Shown here: one piece after another, positions 60,791 through 64,000 of the stretch
Layout: every line of letters starts with the position of its first letter
Numbering within the stretch: position 1 is the first letter of the stretch
DNA from: Candidatus Sulfomarinibacteraceae bacterium
GTDB taxonomy: Bacteria > Acidobacteriota > Thermoanaerobaculia > Thermoanaerobaculales > Sulfomarinibacteraceae
Assembly (NCBI GenBank): GCA_963796455.1
Contig: CAWCLO010000007.1
Location: 128,001-192,000, forward strand
Reading direction: 5' to 3'
Length of the DNA: 64,000 nucleotides
Notes under the pieces: model-generated
Told to the model about the DNA's origin: nothing
Databases searched by the model: none
The model's input: the letters and a program-made list of their open reading frames with translations, nothing else
Program-made: the position numbers and the translations under genes

Positions 60791-62927
60791 CCTTCAGCGG
60801 TCGTCCGACGGCCTTCCAATTCAGGATCCCGCCCTTGAGGTTGAAAACCTCTTTGAAACCGAGACCGAGAAGAAAATGCATGGCCCTGACCGAACGCCGG
60901 CCCGATCGGCACAAGAGGTAGATCGGCCGGTCGCGGGGTAGATCCTCCGAATTCTCTAGGAGAGTGCGAAGGGGCAGCAGACGGGCGGTGGGGATGTGGC
61001 CCTTCGCATACTCCTCCGGTTCACGGACATCGATGAGCAGCCCCTTCTTTTCGGCGATAGCATCCTCGAGCTCACTCACCGCAAGGTGGTTGAGAGGGTA
61101 TTTGATGCGACCGGTAAAGGTCGGCAGACGAACATCGTATGGATGCTTTTCGAGCGGTTGGCATTCAGCAAAGACCCTGAGTTCGCACTCGTAGCAGCAG
61201 ACGGCAGGGTCGAGGACCTCGTTGAAGAGCCACTCGATCGCCTCCTCCTGAGCCAGGAAATGGTCTTCGCCGAGCAGTGTGTCAAAACCCGATTGGCGCA
61301 TGAACTCACGCACCGTGGGGCGCACCTGCAAGAGATACAGGTCGCCCCCGGCACCACGATACAAACGGAGAATACCTTCAAGGACATCGATGCCAGAAAG
61401 ATCACATTGGTAGACGCCGTGCATGCGAAGCAACAAGCGGTTCTGGCCCGGGTTTTTTTCGTAATTTGAAAGCAGCGCATCCTCGACATGGCTGGCAGCG
61501 CCGAAAAAGAGCGCACCGCGAATATTGATCACGCCGAGCTGGGGACAGGCCGGGGCTTGCGGATCCTCGATGAAATGGCGAAAGGTCCCGTCGGGCACCA
61601 CCGGCTCGACGACCGGCATGCTCGATTGATAGATGTATATGGTCAGGGAGAGGATGATCCCGGCCAGAACTGCGAACTCGAGGGGAAAAACAAGGGTGGA
61701 GAGAAAGGTCGTGATCATGATACCGGTCTCGCTGCGCGAGGTCCGCACGACTCGTCGCACCCCTGCCCAATCGACCATTCGATAGGCGATCAACATAATC
61801 AACCCGGCCAGGCTCGCGCGCGGCAGAAAGGCCGCCATCGGCCCCAGGACGAGAACTCCGGCGAGAACAAATAACCCGCAAAAGAGGCTCGACATCTGGG
61901 TCCTCGCACCCGACTGGTGGTTGATGGCCGAACGGGTAAAGGAACCCGAACAGGCGTAACCGCTGAACAGGCCGGAAGCAATATTCGCCATTCCCTGTCC
62001 GACGAGCTCCTGATTCACGTCGATGCGTTCGCCGGTTTGTCGCCCGATCTCGCGTGCAATCGAGACCGCCTCCACAAGACCCAGCGCAGCGACCGCCATC
62101 GATCCGGTCACCACGCCGCCGATGATGTTCTCTTCGAACATCCACGTGAAGGAGAACGGAGTCAGCTGCGGAACAGCCCCGGTCACCGCGCCAACCACCT
62201 CGACTCCCAGACGATCGACACCCACGAGGGCCACAAACAGCCCGGTCCCGGTCAGGGCGATGAGCCCCGCCGGCAACCTCAACGACACCCGGTGAATGAG
62301 CACCATCGCGACTACGGTTGTGACTCCGAGACCGAGGCTGACAAGGTGGGTCTGATCGAGACTGTCGACAACTCCCATGACGGTCCGCCACAGATGGGGG
62401 CTTCTCGGCACCTCGACGCGCAGCATGTTCTTGAGCTGACCGACCGCAATCAGGACCCCGGCTCCGGCGGTAAAACCCAGCAGAACCGCGCGCGACGCAA
62501 AATTGACCAGCATCCCGAGACCGGCAAAACCGAAAACGATGCAATAGACCCCGACCATCACCGCCATCACACTGGCAGCCGCCAAATACTCGGGAGCGCC
62601 GACCGCGGCCAAAGGTGCGAGGATCGACATCACGAGGATCGAGATGGCATTCGTCGGACCGGTCGAAAGATAACGGGAGGAACCCCAGAGGGCGCCAACC
62701 ACCGAGGCCACAGCCGCCGTGAAGAGACCAAAGGTCGCGGGCAACCCGGCGATCGAGGCGTAGGCGATGCTCTGAGGAATGGCCACGACGGCAACGGTGA
62801 GCCCGGCGAGAAGATCGGGTCTGAGATTCCGACGGCGGTAGCCGCGAAAAACCCGCAACGGCCGGGTCAGGGTTGCAGCATCCCGCATCAACATGTCTTT
62901 CGCCCGCATTTCGAAGCTCATGGCCAC
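60783..62927 (-). CDS. SulP-family anion permease with STAS and C-terminal rhodanese domains
   Basis: 'DLLAGLTVAVVAIPQSIAYA', 'NQELVGQG..GSFTRS', STAS 'LFFG..DLSG', rhodanese 'DVREPEEY..GHIP..CRSGRRS..LKGG'. Start uncertain. Confidence 0.9.
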   Translation of the reverse strand: MAMSFEMRAKDMLMRDAATLTRPLRVFRGYRRRNLRPDLLAGLTVAVVAIPQSIAYASIAGLPATFGLFTAAVASVVGALWGSSRYLSTGPTNAISILVMSILAPLAAVGAPEYLAAASVMAVMVGVYCIVFGFAGLGMLVNFASRAVLLGFTAGAGVLIAVGQLKNMLRVEVPRSPHLWRTVMGVVDSLDQTHLVSLGLGVTTVVAMVLIHRVSLRLPAGLIALTGTGLFVALVGVDRLGVEVVGAVTGAVPQLTPFSFTWMFEENIIGGVVTGSMAVAALGLVEAVSIAREIGRQTGERIDVNQELVGQGMANIASGLFSGYACSGSFTRSAINHQSGARTQMSSLFCGLFVLAGVLVLGPMAAFLPRASLAGLIMLIAYRMVDWAGVRRVVRTSRSETGIMITTFLSTLVFPLEFAVLAGIILSLTIYIYQSSMPVVEPVVPDGTFRHFIEDPQAPACPQLGVINIRGALFFGAASHVEDALLSNYEKNPGQNRLLLRMHGVYQCDLSGIDVLEGILRLYRGAGGDLYLLQVRPTVREFMRQSGFDTLLGEDHFLAQEEAIEWLFNEVLDPAVCCYECELRVFAECQPLEKHPYDVRLPTFTGRIKYPLNHLAVSELEDAIAEKKGLLIDVREPEEYAKGHIPTARLLPLRTLLENSEDLPRDRPIYLLCRSGRRSVRAMHFLLGLGFKEVFNLKGGILNWKAVGRPLKVE

Positions 62928-62961
62928 AGCATAACTGAAGCGGCCGCGCTAATCTTCTGAG

Positions 62962-63912
62962 ATGACGCAACTGACCGAGCAACTCATACGACGCGGCCTC
63001 GACGAAGGATTCGATCTCGTCGGGGTTGCACGATCTGGCGAAGCTCGTGGGTCTGAGGCCCTTGACCGCTGGATCGACGCCGGGATGCACGGTGAAATGG
63101 AGTACATGAAGAAAACCCGCCAGGTCCGCGAGGACCCCGGCCATCTTCTTCCAGGATGCAGATCGGTCGTCGCAGTGGCGATGAGCTATCACACCAGACA
63201 ACCCGAATCGACATCCTTTACGGCTACTGACGGCCGCGTCTGGGTGTCGCGTTACGCCTGGGGCCGCGACTACCACCGAATCCTCAAAAAACGACTGATC
63301 CGGCTCGGTCGATGGCTCGCAACAGAGCGTCCCGGCAGCAATTGGCGGGCCTGTGTGGACACCGCGCCGGTTTTGGAACGGGAGTGGGCGGCGCGCGCCG
63401 GTCTCGGCTGGATCGGAAAAAACACGATGCTGATGAATCGCGAATTTGGTTCTGAGCTGTTTCTCGGGATCTTGCTCACCGATATCGAACTCGAAGCGGA
63501 TTCGATCCGGCCAGAACACTGCGGAACCTGTACCGCCTGCCTCGATGCCTGTCCGACCGAGGCATTCCCGTCTGAACGGGTGCTCGACGCAACCCGGTGC
63601 ATCGGCTATCTCACGATCGAGCACCGGTCAGAGATTGCAGAGGATCTGGCGCCGGAGGTCGGGGCCATGGTCGCCGGCTGCGATATCTGCCAGGAGGTCT
63701 GTCCCTGGACTCGGCGGGCCCCCACCGACCTCCACCATGAATTCACACCGGCACCGCACCGATACCGTCCCCGCCTCGACGACCTGGAGGGCATGGACGA
63801 GGCGGAATTCAGGAAATGGCGGGAGGGCTCCGCCCTCAACCGTATTTCCTACCGACAGTTCAAACGGAATATCGCGGTCTCACGAAACAACCTCGATCGC
63901 GTGCGAGAGTAA
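62962..63912 (+). CDS. queG: Epoxyqueuosine reductase
   Basis: 'SRYAWGRDYH', 'VDTAPVLER', 'GLGWIGKN', 'CGTCTACLDACPT', 'GCDICQEVCPW'. Confidence 0.95.
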   Translation: MTQLTEQLIRRGLDEGFDLVGVARSGEARGSEALDRWIDAGMHGEMEYMKKTRQVREDPGHLLPGCRSVVAVAMSYHTRQPESTSFTATDGRVWVSRYAWGRDYHRILKKRLIRLGRWLATERPGSNWRACVDTAPVLEREWAARAGLGWIGKNTMLMNREFGSELFLGILLTDIELEADSIRPEHCGTCTACLDACPTEAFPSERVLDATRCIGYLTIEHRSEIAEDLAPEVGAMVAGCDICQEVCPWTRRAPTDLHHEFTPAPHRYRPRLDDLEGMDEAEFRKWREGSALNRISYRQFKRNIAVSRNNLDRVRE

Positions 63913-63922
63913 CGCGGGTCCG

Positions 63923-64000
63923 CTATTTTTTCAGCGGACGCATGACCATCGTCAGATCGCGACCCTCGAGTCGATTCGGCATCTGATCGACCTTGGCGAC
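63923..64000 (-). CDS. infC: Translation initiation factor IF-3, C-terminal end (partial)
   Basis: My translation is VAKVDQMPNRLEGRDLTMVMRPLKK*, which matches the IF-3 C-terminal 'P..EGR...M...P' pattern. Only 25 aa are visible. Confidence 0.7.
   Translation of the reverse strand, partial: VAKVDQMPNRLEGRDLTMVMRPLKK

Noticed and set aside
60506..60921. ORFs with LLCSSAP / AEEQRSRG repeats
   Set aside because: Artefacts of the CTCCTCTG octamer array, partly antisense to the SulP gene.
61402..63624. 740-aa minus-strand ORF and other long shadow ORFs (e.g. 37061-38467, 20791-22224)
   Set aside because: They overlap well-supported genes in another frame or strand, as expected at high GC.

Overview
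This is a GC-rich bacterial chromosomal window, tentatively from an Acidobacteriota/Thermoanaerobaculia-like diderm (inferred from gene content). It is mostly housekeeping genes: polA, cobalamin riboswitch-btuB, metG, kdsC-thyA-folA, leuS (one frameshift), a Cpx-like two-component system with Spy/CpxP and a two-permease RND locus, argR-argG-argH, hbd, sugar-modifying genes with ugd, an ispE-spoVG-tRNA-Gln-prs-rplY-pth operon, a DEAD-box helicase, a SulP-rhodanese fusion, queG and the 3' end of infC. The unusual biology is intergenic. A transposase-less element family has ~18-bp terminal inverted repeats starting CACT and appears to insert at an AT dinucleotide inside heptamer tandem arrays. 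It carries a four-helix-bundle (23S rRNA IVP/Avd-like) gene behind a nested hairpin that hides its ribosome-binding site. There is one intact copy (45914-46764), three deletion derivatives (5820-6343, 10624-11290, 15480-16026) and two remnants. In one copy the inner cassette is inverted relative to the ends. Many other intergenic gaps hold nested inverted brackets of 6-9-nt tandem repeats.
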